The position numbers and the translations under genes are program-made. DNA of 62,430 bases, the filler included, from Nemertoderma westbladi (lineage: Eukaryota > Animalia > Xenacoelomorpha), in NCBI GenBank assembly GCA_032718475.1. It is 3 parts of 3 records of this genome, joined end to end, with 100 filler letters (N's around TTAATTAATTAA, not from the genome) between each part and the next. Parts side by side here need not be neighbours in the genome. Positions count along the whole stretch, not along the records: positions 47,042 to 62,430 come from JAUCBJ010007759.1; 2 more parts are not named here. One strand, written 5' to 3'. This document shows positions 50,305 through 62,430 of this stretch, piece by piece (the stretch's first letter is position 1; every line of letters begins with the position of its first letter). Under the pieces are notes generated by a model. The model was not told where the DNA came from, made no database searches, and saw nothing but the letters and a program-made list of their open reading frames with translations.

Positions 50305-50405
50305 GCCTGAGCCGCTAGCGGAATGGTAAGAGCGCCAAACTGGCGGTCACCACTTCGATCCCATCTGGACGTCATTCTCGACTTTGCTAAGCTGTGCCCA
50401 ACAAA
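50305..50405 (+). other. Degenerate tRNA-like/SINE head
   Basis: A-box-like tagcggaatgg and B-box-like cttcgatccc. Confidence 0.35.
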
Positions 50406-51183
50406 AGTTATAATAATTATTCATGAATCAATAATTATTGCTGTTCCATTTATTTCAGGGAAATTCGTTGAGTAGAAACATATGTAATTATCAGATTCTG
50501 CATTTTTTTTGCACTTCTGTTTCTCGCTACTTTTCCTTGTTTCGGCGTCTATATTTTACCTATATTATTTTTTTTTAAAGAAAACTCTATAATTAGAGCC
50601 ATTGTGTCAATTATTTTCTTCCACCACTGCGTGGAACATCGTGGTATTTATTGCTATTTCAAAATATATTTTAGAAGGAAAAAAGTTCTGGAAGGGCCAT
50701 ACCTCACTACTTGTTAATTAGAGCCCCCTAGTGGATCATATTAGTATTTCATTTACATCTAAGCAAGTTTGTTGGGTATGCTCAAAAGTTATATATTCGC
50801 ACTGGCCCTTATCGGCCAATGCATATATATATATATATATGGGCCATGGCCCGGTTTAATAAATGAAAATGAAAAAATGAAAAATTAGATAAGTCAACAA
50901 GGCTTGTAACATATAATAGATAACATAATGCTGGATAGTACTTACACCTACGTCATATCTGAACCCAATCTGAACCCAATCTGGACCCAATCTGGACCTA
51001 ATCTCGATAATTATACCAAATCTGAATCCAATCTGAATTGAAAATAGAAAGAGGGGTGAAAATTATTGATTTTTGCATTAACAATTTTGCAATTTTTGAA
51101 TAAATTTTACATATATTATATTGTACTGCTGTGCAGTCTTTAACGTTATAGAGCTAACCTCTACCGGTAGGCGGTATCCCAAC

Positions 51184-52118
51184 TAGGGATCGACCGAATT
51201 ATTCGGTTCGGTAACGAATTTTGCCGAATATGGCATATTCGGTTCCGGCCGAATTTTAAAATTTGTGTTGACGAATAATATTCGGCACATATTGCAAATT
51301 ACTACGAAGCAACATCAGAACATGACTGTAAGAAATCAAATATAATGAATCTGATGTATTTCGATACCTATAGCATATAAGACAGTTTGCAACTGTGGAA
51401 TGCCTTATTTTATAATCTGTACAGTAACATATGATTAGGCCTACTGATAGGCTAAGTGTCGAGTTCATATTCCACTCGCTACATACTTTTTTGTAATGAC
51501 ATTTGTAGCACTCAATTGGCTGATCGGGACAAAATTGCAATTATAACCTTAAATTTGGTATGCCTATAAAACAATAAAGGAGTGCATTGATTTTGTTTTT
51601 TTTCCTGCGAAAGAGTAAATTAAAATATTTTTGGTGGAATTTCTTAAATTTTATTACATGTGTTGAAAGAGCATCGACATAGAAAAGGTTTGCACGTAAT
51701 TTGAGCAAAATCCAAGCACACACGCTTTTAATTAAGTTATTGCAACTTTAGTGTTTGCAAGACGTACTCCAAAACGGAACTATTATTCAATATTCTGATG
51801 TTGTTAAGCCGCTCTTTCATTCTTTAGTTACATAATAAATATTCGAGAACACTAAATTATTTAACATTGAGTTAGGCCACATCAGGCAGTCAGGAGTTGA
51901 AGTGTACAGTGATTTAAATTATTGCAGTATAGGAAGCAATATACATGTAGTAAAATACTACATTTCCATTTATTTAGTAACACACTCTTATCACTATATC
52001 TTATCACACTATCTATATTTTTATTAAAGAATTGATCAACAATAAGTACCAATCAATTTAAAAATCAATTTTTTGTTCGGTTCCGGTTCGGCAAAATTTT
52101 AAATTCGGTCGATCCATA
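51184..52118. mobile_element. hAT-type MITE
   Basis: TIR tagggatcgaccgaat / attcggtcgatccata. 8-bp TSD atcccaac at 51176-51183 and 52119-52126. Sub-terminal ttcgg repeats. Confidence 0.9.
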
Positions 52119-52229
52119 ATCCCAACTGACAACTACAGCTGTACGGTTCTCGTAGCAGTTTGGTTTCGGTCTAACGTTGGGTAGGCCTACGGTAGGTTAC
52201 TAGAGCCTGGTATCAGTTCCTATGCTACA

Positions 52230-55102
52230 TCTGCCCAGCTGTTTCTACATACCAAGCTGAAAACAGCTGAAAACTTATCCACAATTCAAGATGAGTCTGA
52301 CGCTCAATCAGCTTGGAATACTCTCTACAGCAAGCTACTTGACTCGTGTAACAAACACATACCTCAGTCAACCCATAAGAAAAAACAATACAAACAACCA
52401 AAGTGGATTAATTCTGGGATTAGACGTCAGATTAAGGAAAAGAGGAAGTTATGGGACACCTACAAACATAGCCAAACAACCACCAACTACGACAACTACA
52501 AACGGTCTAGAAACAGATGCTGTATATCCGTTCGTCTAGCACAATTTGAGTATGAAAAAACAACAGCCTCGAATGCCATGACGAATCCTAAAGAATTTTG
52601 GAAATATATTCACGCAAAGCGAGTAATAAAACCTGCTGTATTTGATCTGATTGACCCAAATGGAGAACTGGTTACTGACAACAAAGGTAAAGCTACAGTC
52701 TTTAATAATCATTACCATTCTATGTCGACAATAGAAAGCCATGATATCCCTACAGTACAATATACACCGACATATAAAACTGAACTAAAGACTGTTGTTT
52801 TTAATCCAACCATTGTCTCAGAGGCCATAGATAAATTAAAGTCAACGAGTGCTCCTGGACCCGATGGCATTTACCCAATCATGCTTAAGGAACTATCTTC
52901 TAACCTTGCTCAACCATTATCAAACATATTTCAACAATCAATGGACACATCTACCGTTCCTTCACAATGGAAGTTGGCAAACATATCTCCTATATTTAAA
53001 CGGGGCAAGAAAACTGATCCCGACAACTACAGAAGGATCAGTTTAACATCGGTAGTATCCAAACTAATGGAAAGGATTATTGTTGATACCATGTGGGCTC
53101 ACTGTATAGAGAATATGATAATATCTAAACAACAGTTTGGATTTCAGAAGGGCCGTTCCTGTACACTCCAACTCCTTGATGTCCTCTATAACTGGTCACT
53201 GGCCATCGATAATCGGCAATGTATTGATGTAGTTTACCTGGATTTCTCCAAGGCATTCGACGCTGTTCCTCACAAACGTCTACTCCTTAAACTCAAATCA
53301 ATAGGGATAAGTGGAAACTTGTTAGGATGGATTGAAAACTTTTTATGTGATAGATACCAACGCGTTGTTGTTGAAGGCGAACAATCTGATTGGTTACCTG
53401 TGGTCAGTGGAGTACCCCAAGGGGCAGTTGCTTCAGTTATTTTCTTCCTTGGCTTCGTAAATGATATACCGTCTCTTATAAAATTTCTTTTATACCTATT
53501 TGCCGACGATATTAAAGACAGTGTCATGTTCAACCCCCATCCCACACTACAGATCGGCCCACTACAATCTGACCTAGATATATTATACTCGTGGAGTGTA
53601 GCTTGGCAACTTTGTTTCAACATTAAAAAATGCAAAGTAATGCATATTGGCCATAATAACCCCGAGTTCCCTTACCATCTCGGCGAATCAGTGCTATCTG
53701 TGTCAGGGTGGGAGAAAGACTTGGGGGTGACCTTCCAAAACACCCTCACATTCGGGAAACACATTGCCACCATCGCAAAGAAAGCCAATGGAATAACTGG
53801 CCTTATTGCTCGAACCTTTAAACATCTGGACAGTGTCACGCTAGTCAACTTATTCAAAGCCCTCGTGAGACCAATTCTAGAATATGCATCCCCAGTATGG
53901 TCGCCACACCGTGTAAATGAAATACGACTTTTGGAATCTGTCCAACGTCGGGTGACCAGACTATTTCCTAATCTCCGTAACTTAGCCTATCCGGAAAGAT
54001 TAAAGCGACTAGGTCTCCCGACCCTTGAGTATCGCCGTTATCGCGCCGACCTGATCCAGGTGTACCGTTACCTTGCGGGTATCGACAACGCTGACTGCAG
54101 CATGTTCGAATTTTCCACGACTGGTTTACGCGGCCACTCATTCAAGCTCCAGAAACCCCGTGCTCGGCTGCTGCAGAGAAACACGACATTCCACTTCCGA
54201 GTCATCGATCCCTGGAACTCGCTATCCAATGCCGTTGTAACCGCCCCCAACCTTAACTCTTTTAAAACCCGTTTGAACTCCCACTTTAAAGATTTCCCGC
54301 TTAAATTTACCCCATCATGGTGGTCCATGTAAAAGTAAAATATCTTCCATAGTAACTCTTAACTTTTTACTCTTTTTGCTTACTAACTTTTAATATATTT
54401 CTCACCTTAATTAAAACTTTTATCACCACTTTTTGACTTTTAAACTTTTTCTAACCTTAATTAAAACTTTAGATTACCACTTTTTAACTTTTTAACTAAC
54501 TTTTTCTTACCTCTATTAAAACTTTTTTATCACCATTTAATTATACACACACATTAGACCCCGTTAATATTTAATATCTCAATAACTAATTGACAAACTG
54601 CATTTATCTACTTTGATCCTATATAATCGACGTTTTTAACTATGTACATTTAATAGTTTTTACTCGCGGCTTTACTGTTCTTTCTTAATTTAATTTTTAA
54701 CTTTCTTTTAATTTTAACCAAATAATTAAATATAAGTTTTAAAAATGCAACCTATAATTAAATCAAGTTTTTAAATATATAAATTTGTTCGTCCTTTTTG
54801 TGTAAACCATAATTTTATTTCACGTTCGACTTTGTGTAATTTAAGATATTTTTAAGCCCTACGCTCCACAGCCATAATTTACATTACTTTTCACATATTT
54901 TTTTTTTAAGTATGATTTTATGCTACATACTTTCGTTTACATACCCTCTTATCAACATTAATTAGTGCTAGGTAGTAGTAGGTAAGGTACTTAGTTTGTT
55001 TCAGTTTAAATATTTTGACAGTAGTTTTATATTATGTCTGCACAGGTGCAATAAGCTTCTGCTTCCTCCGCCTCATTATTAAACATTAAACATACATACA
55101 TA
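52230..55102 (+). mobile_element. 5'-truncated CR1 LINE
   Basis: ORF 52578..54332 with YLDFSKAFDAVPH, SGVPQG, LFADD, EKDLGV, VRPILEY and RGHSFKL. AT-rich 3' UTR ending in attaaac repeats and (atac)n. Confidence 0.92.
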
Positions 55103-56250
55103 CGGTACCAGGCACTAGTAACCTACAGCAGGCCTACCCAACGTTAGACCGAACTGCTACGAGAACCATACAGCCGTAGTTCTGTAGTTTTCTGTTGGGA
55201 TACAGCCTACCTGTAGAGGTTAGCTATAACGTTAACGACTGCATAGCAGTACAATATAGTAGTAACTGCAGTCCCCAATACAGCAGTACCTGCAATCCCC
55301 AATACAGCAGTAGTGCTGTACGCTACCCGCAAATTTAAATATGAAAAAAGATATGTAAAATTTCTTCAAATTTTAAAATTGTAAATGCAAAAATTTATAA
55401 TTTTCACCCCTCTTTCTATTTTCGATTCAGATTGGGTTCAGATTTGGTATAATTCTCGAGATTGGGTCCAGATTGGGTTCATATTGGGTTCAGATAGGTT
55501 CAGATATGACTTAAGTACTATCCCATAATGCTGCTGCCATTTTGCTGTGGTGTGTTTGGTACTGTCAGTTCGCGTTTAATGCCGTGTTTGTTGCATTAGC
55601 AAGTTTCCGTAACGGGAGCCAGTAGCATGTACTGTCCCATTTATGGAGAATTGCACAGTCTGTTGTTTGCCAGAGAATAAGATATCAGCACCTGCATCCA
55701 TTGCCTTGGGTATGAATAGGAGGTTGCATGCGATCTCAGGAATAAAATAACATGTCTGTAGTAGAATGGCATTGGGCACAGACTGCAGTGCACATTTTCC
55801 AACATGGTTGGACATTAGTTTATGGCTATCTCCTACGTGTATCTCAAACGGTGGGTCGAGTGGTTTTATGTCTGTCGTGCAGTAGTGACAGTTCATTGCA
55901 TAGGTGAGTCGTAGCACCACTGTCGATCACCCATTTTCCAAGAGTATGTAATGGTGCGTGCAGTCAGGGTACAGCAGTACCGGTGTCCGGTAGTACTGAT
56001 GGTAGTACCGGTATATAAAGAGATGACTGCTTTCACTCACTACTACTGACTGACGTCAGTACCGGTATGTATATTGTATATCCTTATATCGGTACTCTTT
56101 CCTACACGTAGGCCACCACACACCTACACGTAGGCCACCACACAGCCTCCGTTTAAGTAGCGGAGCTGTAAAATATCAAATAATGAATTTAGAAGAAATA
56201 GTCACAAACTGAAAGTAAATGTAGTACGTCCAGACAGTTTAAGTTATTGC

Positions 56251-59200
56251 TTAATAATAGTGATAAGTGTTCCTATTGGTTGAAATCACAACTCGGCCAG
56301 ATCGAGTCTTAGTTTGCTCTATCACTGGAGGGTGCTGTGACTGGTTGCCAAGGTCTGGTGGCCGTGGTCCCGTAGGAGTCAATATAGGTTCTCCCGGGGT
56401 TGCTTGTTTCGCTATATAGGGTTTTAGTCTGGAGACGCTAACAGTGTTATGTTTCCCTTTTTGTTCTATAATGACGGTAGCTCCGTTGTTCTCGATAACC
56501 TCAAAAGGGCCGGTGTAAGGGGCCTCTAGAGGGCGCCTTATACGGTCGATGCGCAGCCACACATGGGAAGTTCCCTCGGGAAGGTATGTGCGAGTCTTGG
56601 TACTCAAAATAGGCTGTTGTTGTCGGTATATGTGATTCGATGGATCGAAAAATGAGTTTAGATTGTCCAAAATTGTTGACGAGTTTGAAAGTGACTGTAC
56701 GAGTGGTTTACATGGAAACCTTGGGGACTCTCCCGTAATAAGTGAAAACGGGGATGGACTGGTGTCATTGGGGGTGTTTCTTAATGACCATAGGATGGCT
56801 GAAAGAGAAGTAAACCAGTCGGTTTCACGAGCACGGATAGCTTCTTTCAGTCTACGGTGCATCCGTTCCACCATACCATTTGTCTGAGGGTGATACGAAG
56901 TTGTAGGTAGTCGAACGAATCCGAGATTACTGGCGATGTTGGCGAAAAGATTTGACTCAAATTGGCTGCCTTTATCGCTGACAATGTGTAAGGGTATACT
57001 AAATATGGATATCCAACCATCGATAAGTGCTTTGGCCACCGTTGTTGTTAATGTATCAGCAACCGGCACCGCCATGGGCCAGCCCGAAAATCTATCAATT
57101 GCTGTTACAACGTAGGAAAAGTTACTAATAGTGGGTAATGGACCCACAATGTCAATGTGTATAATATCGAATCGTTCAGTGACGATTGGCATTGGATGGT
57201 TGGGTCTGTGAATGTGGCGAACGATTTTAGCGCGTTGACAATGTTCGCATTCCCGTACCCACTGCTGAATGTCCCTCTTTGCCTTGGGCCAAAAGTAGCG
57301 AGATAATATTAGGCGTTGTGTCGCTGTCCGACCTGGGTGAGCTACATTGTGAGCTTGTTGAAAAATTGAAAATCTGAGATTTTCTGTAATATAGGGTCGA
57401 GGATAAGAAGAATTTGTGTCACATGCGATTGTAAGAGAACCAAAGGGAAGTTTTGTGAGGGTTGAAGGAAGTTCTACACCCTCTTGGGATTGTTGTATAG
57501 CCGGTAAGTCGCAAACGGCAGTAGAAATACTGGCAATAAGCGGTGTCGGGCCTTCCATTTCTGGTAATATCTGATCTGCCATTGGTTGGTTGGATGAGTC
57601 GGGTGGTCGGGATAATAAATCGGCTACAATATTTTCACGGCCAGGAATATAGCGAACTTCATCCACATATTCTGCTATTGTGGCAAATCGATGATTTTGC
57701 CAATGAGAATTGGCGTTAGTTCTTTTATGGATCGCAGAAACCAACGGTTTATGGTCTGTAAGTGCAATGGTTTGCAGCGATTCTATATATGGCCTGAAAT
57801 GCAACACAGCACTGGAGAGGGCGAGGAGTTCACGCTCAAATGCTGATCGTTGTGAATCCGTTGTACTTAAACGCTTGGAAAAGAATGACAAGGGTTGGTC
57901 ATTGACTGATAAAACGCCTCCTATTGCCAAATCGGAAGCATCTGTAGTTAATATGAATTCCTTGGCATCTGGTGGTGGATGTGTAAGAATGACTCGTTGT
58001 TGTAATACTTCGAGGATTCTTGTGTATGAGTCTTGGTGATGTTGGAGCCAGTTAAACTGAGGACTGACTCCTTTGCAGGGTTGAGTGTCGTTTAATAGTT
58101 CTTGGAGTGGAATTAAAATCTCTGCAGCACGAGGTAGGAAACGGCGATAAAAGTTTATGGCCCCTAGTCGGCTTCTAAGTTCCTTGTAAGAAGTGGGGAT
58201 GGACAGTGCGCAAATTTCACTCACTTTAGATGTCGAGGGCGATATTCCATCTGAACTAATGTTAAATCCGAGAAAATCGAGATCCGGAACGGCGAATACG
58301 CATTTGTTGGGATTTACGTGTAAACTGTAACAATCTAGACGCTGAAATAATTGAATAAGATCGGCTTTGTGAGTTTCCATATCAGGAGAACCGCAGATAA
58401 CGTCGTCGTAAAATGGGAAGGTTCTCTCTCCTAGTCCATGAAGAGCCTTGTGGACATGGCGTTTGAAGTGGGGTCCAGCGTTTTTCATCCCGAAGGGCAT
58501 ACGGATAAACTCAAAGAGTCCAAATGGAGTTGTTATTGCCGTTTTAGGGATATCACTATCCTTAACGGGGATAACATGGTACGCTTTGACTAAATCTATC
58601 TTGGAAAAGACGGTACATCCATGTAAGAATGCGTTGGCGTCACGAGGATCCGGTGTCGGATAACTATCTTTCTTTGTTACAGAGTTTAGACGGCGGTAAT
58701 CACCACAGGGTCGGTACGTCCGATCTTTCTTTGTTACCATGTGTAATGGTGATGACCATTCAGAGGCCGATGGACGAATAATTCCAAGCTTTAACAGTTC
58801 GTTAAAATAGTTCTTGGCAGTTGCTAACTTATCTGGCGCTAAACGTCGAGGTTTACTTTGTATCGGTGGGCCTTCTGTTTCAATAGAAAATTCTATCGTT
58901 GATTGGGGAGTTTCAGTATAATCTGGTAACTTGAATAGATGTTGGAAGGGCTCCATAGAAACAAGAATCGATGTAGGGAGTTCTGGAAGGGACGACTTTA
59001 CCAAAGGAGTTGGGGGTGCTCGTTGCAGTTGCAGGGAAGCAACCAATCCTGTGATGCTGTCTTGGAGTACAGACAAATTACAATTGACTAACAGTTTATT
59101 CTTTGCCAAAAAATCGGCACCAAGTATCGCCTGGGTAACGTCAGCAATTATAAACTGGTGAAAGTATTCCCGTCGTAGACGTTTCAGTTTAATAACCATA

Positions 59201-59430
59201 TTCGCTCGGCCATATGTCTGAATTGGATGGCCATCTGCAGCACATAATTCATCTGTAGAGAGTTCAATAATATGTGAGTCGGCGAGTTGTGGGGGCAGAA
59301 CACTGTAACAAGCTCCGGTATCGATCAGGAAACGGGTGAGTTTGTTACCAACTTTGGCCTCCACAGTGGGCGATTTGTGAAACGCCCCCGGTGCTGAAAT
59401 CGCTGCAACAGAGGGGGAGTCTAGTTTCCC
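56251..59430 (-). CDS. pol: Gypsy Pol (PR-RT-RNase H-IN), expressed by -1 frameshift
   Basis: LIDTGA, RPCGDYRRLN, FYDD, TDASD, TDHKPL, HHCC zinc finger, IDIVGPL, SDKGSQF, GMVER. The frame is open from the GGGAAAC slippery site. Confidence 0.95.
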   Translation of the reverse strand, partial: GKLDSPSVAAISAPGAFHKSPTVEAKVGNKLTRFLIDTGACYSVLPPQLADSHIIELSTDELCAADGHPIQTYGRANMVIKLKRLRREYFHQFIIADVTQAILGADFLAKNKLLVNCNLSVLQDSITGLVASLQLQRAPPTPLVKSSLPELPTSILVSMEPFQHLFKLPDYTETPQSTIEFSIETEGPPIQSKPRRLAPDKLATAKNYFNELLKLGIIRPSASEWSSPLHMVTKKDRTYRPCGDYRRLNSVTKKDSYPTPDPRDANAFLHGCTVFSKIDLVKAYHVIPVKDSDIPKTAITTPFGLFEFIRMPFGMKNAGPHFKRHVHKALHGLGERTFPFYDDVICGSPDMETHKADLIQLFQRLDCYSLHVNPNKCVFAVPDLDFLGFNISSDGISPSTSKVSEICALSIPTSYKELRSRLGAINFYRRFLPRAAEILIPLQELLNDTQPCKGVSPQFNWLQHHQDSYTRILEVLQQRVILTHPPPDAKEFILTTDASDLAIGGVLSVNDQPLSFFSKRLSTTDSQRSAFERELLALSSAVLHFRPYIESLQTIALTDHKPLVSAIHKRTNANSHWQNHRFATIAEYVDEVRYIPGRENIVADLLSRPPDSSNQPMADQILPEMEGPTPLIASISTAVCDLPAIQQSQEGVELPSTLTKLPFGSLTIACDTNSSYPRPYITENLRFSIFQQAHNVAHPGRTATQRLILSRYFWPKAKRDIQQWVRECEHCQRAKIVRHIHRPNHPMPIVTERFDIIHIDIVGPLPTISNFSYVVTAIDRFSGWPMAVPVADTLTTTVAKALIDGWISIFSIPLHIVSDKGSQFESNLFANIASNLGFVRLPTTSYHPQTNGMVERMHRRLKEAIRARETDWFTSLSAILWSLRNTPNDTSPSPFSLITGESPRFPCKPLVQSLSNSSTILDNLNSFFDPSNHIYRQQQPILSTKTRTYLPEGTSHVWLRIDRIRRPLEAPYTGPFEVIENNGATVIIEQKGKHNTVSVSRLKPYIAKQATPGEPILTPTGPRPPDLGNQSQHPPVIEQTKTRSGRVVISTNRNTYHYY
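59385..59430 (-). promoter_or_regulatory. -1 ribosomal frameshift signal
   Basis: G GGA AAC (59424-59430) just before the gag TAG, followed by ccccc...ggggg pairing. A -1 slip reads LDSPSVAAISAPGAFHKSPTVEAKVG into pol. Confidence 0.85.
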
Positions 59431-60284
59431 TGATCCGGCGAGTTGTCCCTTGAGTTCTCACGAGAAACGTCACGAGAAAAGATGCGTGGTCGATGGCTGT
59501 CACTCTTGGGAAACTGACACCAAGTTGTACAGTTTTTAGCTGCTCTGCCGAAGAATATATGAGAACGGCAGATTTTTGGACGCTGGTTGCGGGAGAATGG
59601 AGTAATGGTACGTTGGTAGCTACGATTTGGGTAAGATGATGAACCGGCTGAGTCGTCCGAATATCGATTGGATCGGTACCGCGGCGGGGACTTGTGATCC
59701 GGCGAGCGGCCCCTGTAATATGAATCGGGTGAACCAGGACGATCACGGGAATATGAATTGGTTGAACGAGGATTATCACGTGAATATGAACCAACAGAAT
59801 AAATCGGCATCTTGTTGACCGTGGCAGCGATGACGGTATCCGCAATCTTCAGGAATTCCTCCAGTGGATTCTTCGCTTGGGTGGCGAGAGCTGACTTCGC
59901 TGCCTCTGTGGGCATTGCTTCTATTACTCGAGCGATCAGTTCTTGTTCGCTACGCTGCGGCATGTCCGCGGCGTTTGCCAGAAGTTTCAGGCGGTGAACT
60001 GCCTGTGAGGGACGCTCTCCTTCGTGTAGAGAGAATGTTGCGATAGCCCGGCGAATAAGATCGTACTGCGATTCACCCAACGTGTTTTTAAGCATATCTT
60101 TTGCCTCGTCATACGTTTTAACGTCGGCAGTGGCAATAAGAGCGGCTTGTTCGGTAGGAAGGAGCGTCAGTAGAAGATTAACCTGGTCTTCTGCCTTGGT
60201 TTTCTCCAGAACGAAATAAGCCTCTAGTTGGCGGAACCATATACTTGGGTGTTGGAGTGAAAAAGGTGGAAGACGGCTTGCCAT
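59421..60284 (-). CDS. gag: Gypsy Gag
   Basis: RLPPFS...WFRQLEAYF N-terminus and CRSHIFFGRAAKNCTTWC (CHCC). Confidence 0.9.
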   Translation of the reverse strand: MASRLPPFSLQHPSIWFRQLEAYFVLEKTKAEDQVNLLLTLLPTEQAALIATADVKTYDEAKDMLKNTLGESQYDLIRRAIATFSLHEGERPSQAVHRLKLLANAADMPQRSEQELIARVIEAMPTEAAKSALATQAKNPLEEFLKIADTVIAATVNKMPIYSVGSYSRDNPRSTNSYSRDRPGSPDSYYRGRSPDHKSPPRYRSNRYSDDSAGSSSYPNRSYQRTITPFSRNQRPKICRSHIFFGRAAKNCTTWCQFPKSDSHRPRIFSRDVSRENSRDNSPDQGN

Positions 60285-62289
60285 AATATCCAGATAGTGT
60301 AAAGAGTATTATTATAGTTCAGAATAAACATACAGTTCAACAGTTTTTATTTATTTATCGAGTCAGGTCACCAATGTAATGGTGCGTGCAGTCAGGGTAC
60401 AGCAGTACCGGTGTCCGGTAGTACTGATGGTAGTACCGGTATATAAAGAGATGACTGCTTTCACTCACTACTACTGACTGACGTCAGTACCGGTATGTAT
60501 ATTGTATATCCTTATATCGGTACTCTTTCCTACACGTAGGCCACCACACACCTACACGTAGGCCACCACAAGTACATTTCCCCCTATCAGGAAGAACATT
60601 GAGAAGCCATCAGCTCCTTTTTGCTGTTTTCCGTCAGTGTGTGGCTTGGAAGACTGAGCGGGTTTATTCTTATTGCGACTGTAACAATCTCTGTTCCAGT
60701 GCCCTTCTTTACCACAATGGATGCAAGGTCCTGGTGGTTTACGGGGAGTGGTGTTATTAGTCTTAGGTAGATTACCACTTCGTCCAGATGGCTGCTTTGT
60801 CTGTTGCTGAGTTTGAGGCATAGCGTATGCCTGCTCCATTGGTTTGCCCAGCTTGGTGGGATGCAAACGTTCTTCCTCAATCTCGAGACGGGCCAGAACG
60901 TCATCAAAAGTTAATGATGAAAGGTCGGAACTCTCCAGTAATGTGACAACGGTGTTGTAAATTTTGGCGCAGGATGCGGATAATACCTTGGCAAAATCTG
61001 CGTCATTTTTGATATCGAAACCACCTGCTTGAATAACAGCGTTTCGTGCTTCCCGAAGTGCACTGGCATGATCACGTAGCGTATCGCCATGCTGTAGTTC
61101 CTTGTGGAACAATGCATGCATAGCCATTACTTTACCAGCGATCGACTTGTCCTGATAGTGCAGCGAGTTTGGTCCACGCTTGGGCGGAAGTTTCCCAATC
61201 TGGTATATTCGCATTGACGTCATCAGTGCAGGCAACGTTGATGGCCAATAGGGCGGATGAATCCAAGCAGACCCATGTTTCCTGGCGGCCGGGTAGATCA
61301 CCCGGTGTGATGGCGACTGTCGGATATGGGAATGTTCCCTCGACATAGGCCATTAACTTCTTAGTTTTGAAGAATAATTTCATCTTAGTGCGCCATGCAG
61401 GATATTTAGACTTGCCCTTCAGATGAGCTATTTGCTTCAGCATAGAATTGCTTGTAGTTGCCATCTTGAATTGGAATTAATGAGTTCTGAATGTTTGATT
61501 GAAAAATTACAGTCAGGCTGAATGCGCAAAGATGTGACTGGAGCCCATAACCTTTTACTTTTATATGCCAGTATGCAGGTTTAGTGAAATTAATATAATT
61601 AAATTAACTAATATCAGAATATTCATTGTTACAATATTATATACTGGTACCTAGTGTTGTAGGGCTGAAGGTTCCATTGAGCGCCATTGCGCCAGTACTG
61701 CAGTGTATGGTACATTAACAGCAGTAGTAAGATTCTACGGTCACAGTCTGATAGTAGATACTAGAAAAAAGGAGTTGGCGGGGAATTCAAAATAACAGTC
61801 CATATACACTAGGGCAGTGCGTTTTTTACTTTTTTCGATTTCATTGTTCTACCGGTGAACAAAAGTTGCCAAATGGTAAAAAAATAAGGCAAAAAAAATT
61901 TATTTAAATTTCGTCAATATCTTCATGGATCCCAAGAGGTTTGAAATTTTGAGCCATCGCGATGCGCCATAATGAAATTTATAGCAATATAACACATTAA
62001 TGAATGATCAATGACTCAAGGAAGAACTTCCTGCATGCATCAAATGTCATCAAATGGGTCCAAACTTAGTTAGATACAAAAATTTTAATTTTTGAATCAA
62101 GGGAACTAGTGCCAAAAGCACATGGACAGAACCTACCATTTGGCACAAGTGATGATAATTCTAAATTTTCGCGATGGCCAACTTTGAGTTCTCCTACTGC
62201 ATTAATATTACGCTCATTAGAACCACCATGACCGATTTAGTGAGGGTAGACACCTTCAAAACAAACGTAGAGCGAATAGTTCTTAAGAT

Positions 62290-62430
62290 ATCGCACAAAA
62301 CCGGGAGTAATTGCTATTGTTGGGGATTTTAATTTCCATGTTGACGTTTCGTCTGATATGGACGCTATAGAATTTAATAATATCCTTAGTTGTTTTGGTC
62401 TAGTTCAGTTAGTTAACGGGCCGACCCATA
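62290..62430 (+). mobile_element. LINE (L2/CR1-group) APE endonuclease fragment running off the window
   Basis: Translates as IAIVGDFNFHVDVSSDMDAIEFNNILSCFGLVQLVNGPTH. Confidence 0.8.

Larger units (their letters stand above)
50925..55530. mobile_element. Foldback element with ~350-400-bp inverted arms, split by a hAT MITE and a CR1
   Basis: 50950-51183 plus 52127-52215 is the reverse complement of 55105-55510. Includes (tctgaacccaa)n and (ttgggttcaga)n. Confidence 0.8.
55947..60570 (-). mobile_element. Apparently intact Gypsy LTR retrotransposon, CsRn1-like
   Basis: 196-bp TG..CA LTRs (55947-56142, 60375-60570) that look identical. 4-bp TSD agta. PBS tggtgacc (tRNA-Trp-type) at 60366-60373. 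CHCC Gag motif. Confidence 0.95.
55540..61552 (-). mobile_element. Decayed Copia (Ty1) element, gag-protease part, split by the Gypsy insertion
   Basis: Gag LKGKSKYPAW (61132-61464) and CIHCGKEGHWNRDC. Protease WVIDSGATTHLC resumes at ~55900-55942. PBS ggttatgggctccag (61538-61552) resembles the half-tRNAiMet PBS of copia. Confidence 0.85.

Overview
This is AT-rich eukaryotic DNA, most likely from an invertebrate animal, and is made almost entirely of nested transposable elements. Two 100-nt artificial gap spacers interrupt it. Contents: (1) A large, degraded minus-strand BEL/Pao LTR retrotransposon (5' LTR ~17.6-18.0 kb, pol ending at 8611). It has no 3' LTR after pol and appears to continue into an intronless ~790-codon ORF of unknown function (139-2521, broken by one TGA and one 7-nt insertion). 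It carries an L2/Crack-like LINE and a Harbinger transposon, and the Harbinger in turn carries a solo LTR, a SINE and an RTE. (2) A 230-bp TSD-flanked insertion with a minimal hammerhead ribozyme. (3) A spliced UPF0261/Tm-1-like gene, the only host-type gene recognised. (4) A near full-length APE-RT LINE. (5) A second BEL/Pao element with only gag-protease plus an unknown 3' ORF, whose PBS is complementary to its own LTR (candidate self-priming). (6) A complex inverted duplication, several MITEs/foldbacks, satellites, and RTE, CR1 and other LINE fragments. (7) A young, apparently intact CsRn1-like Gypsy element inserted into a decayed Copia element. All assignments come from motif recognition by eye; no database searches were run.
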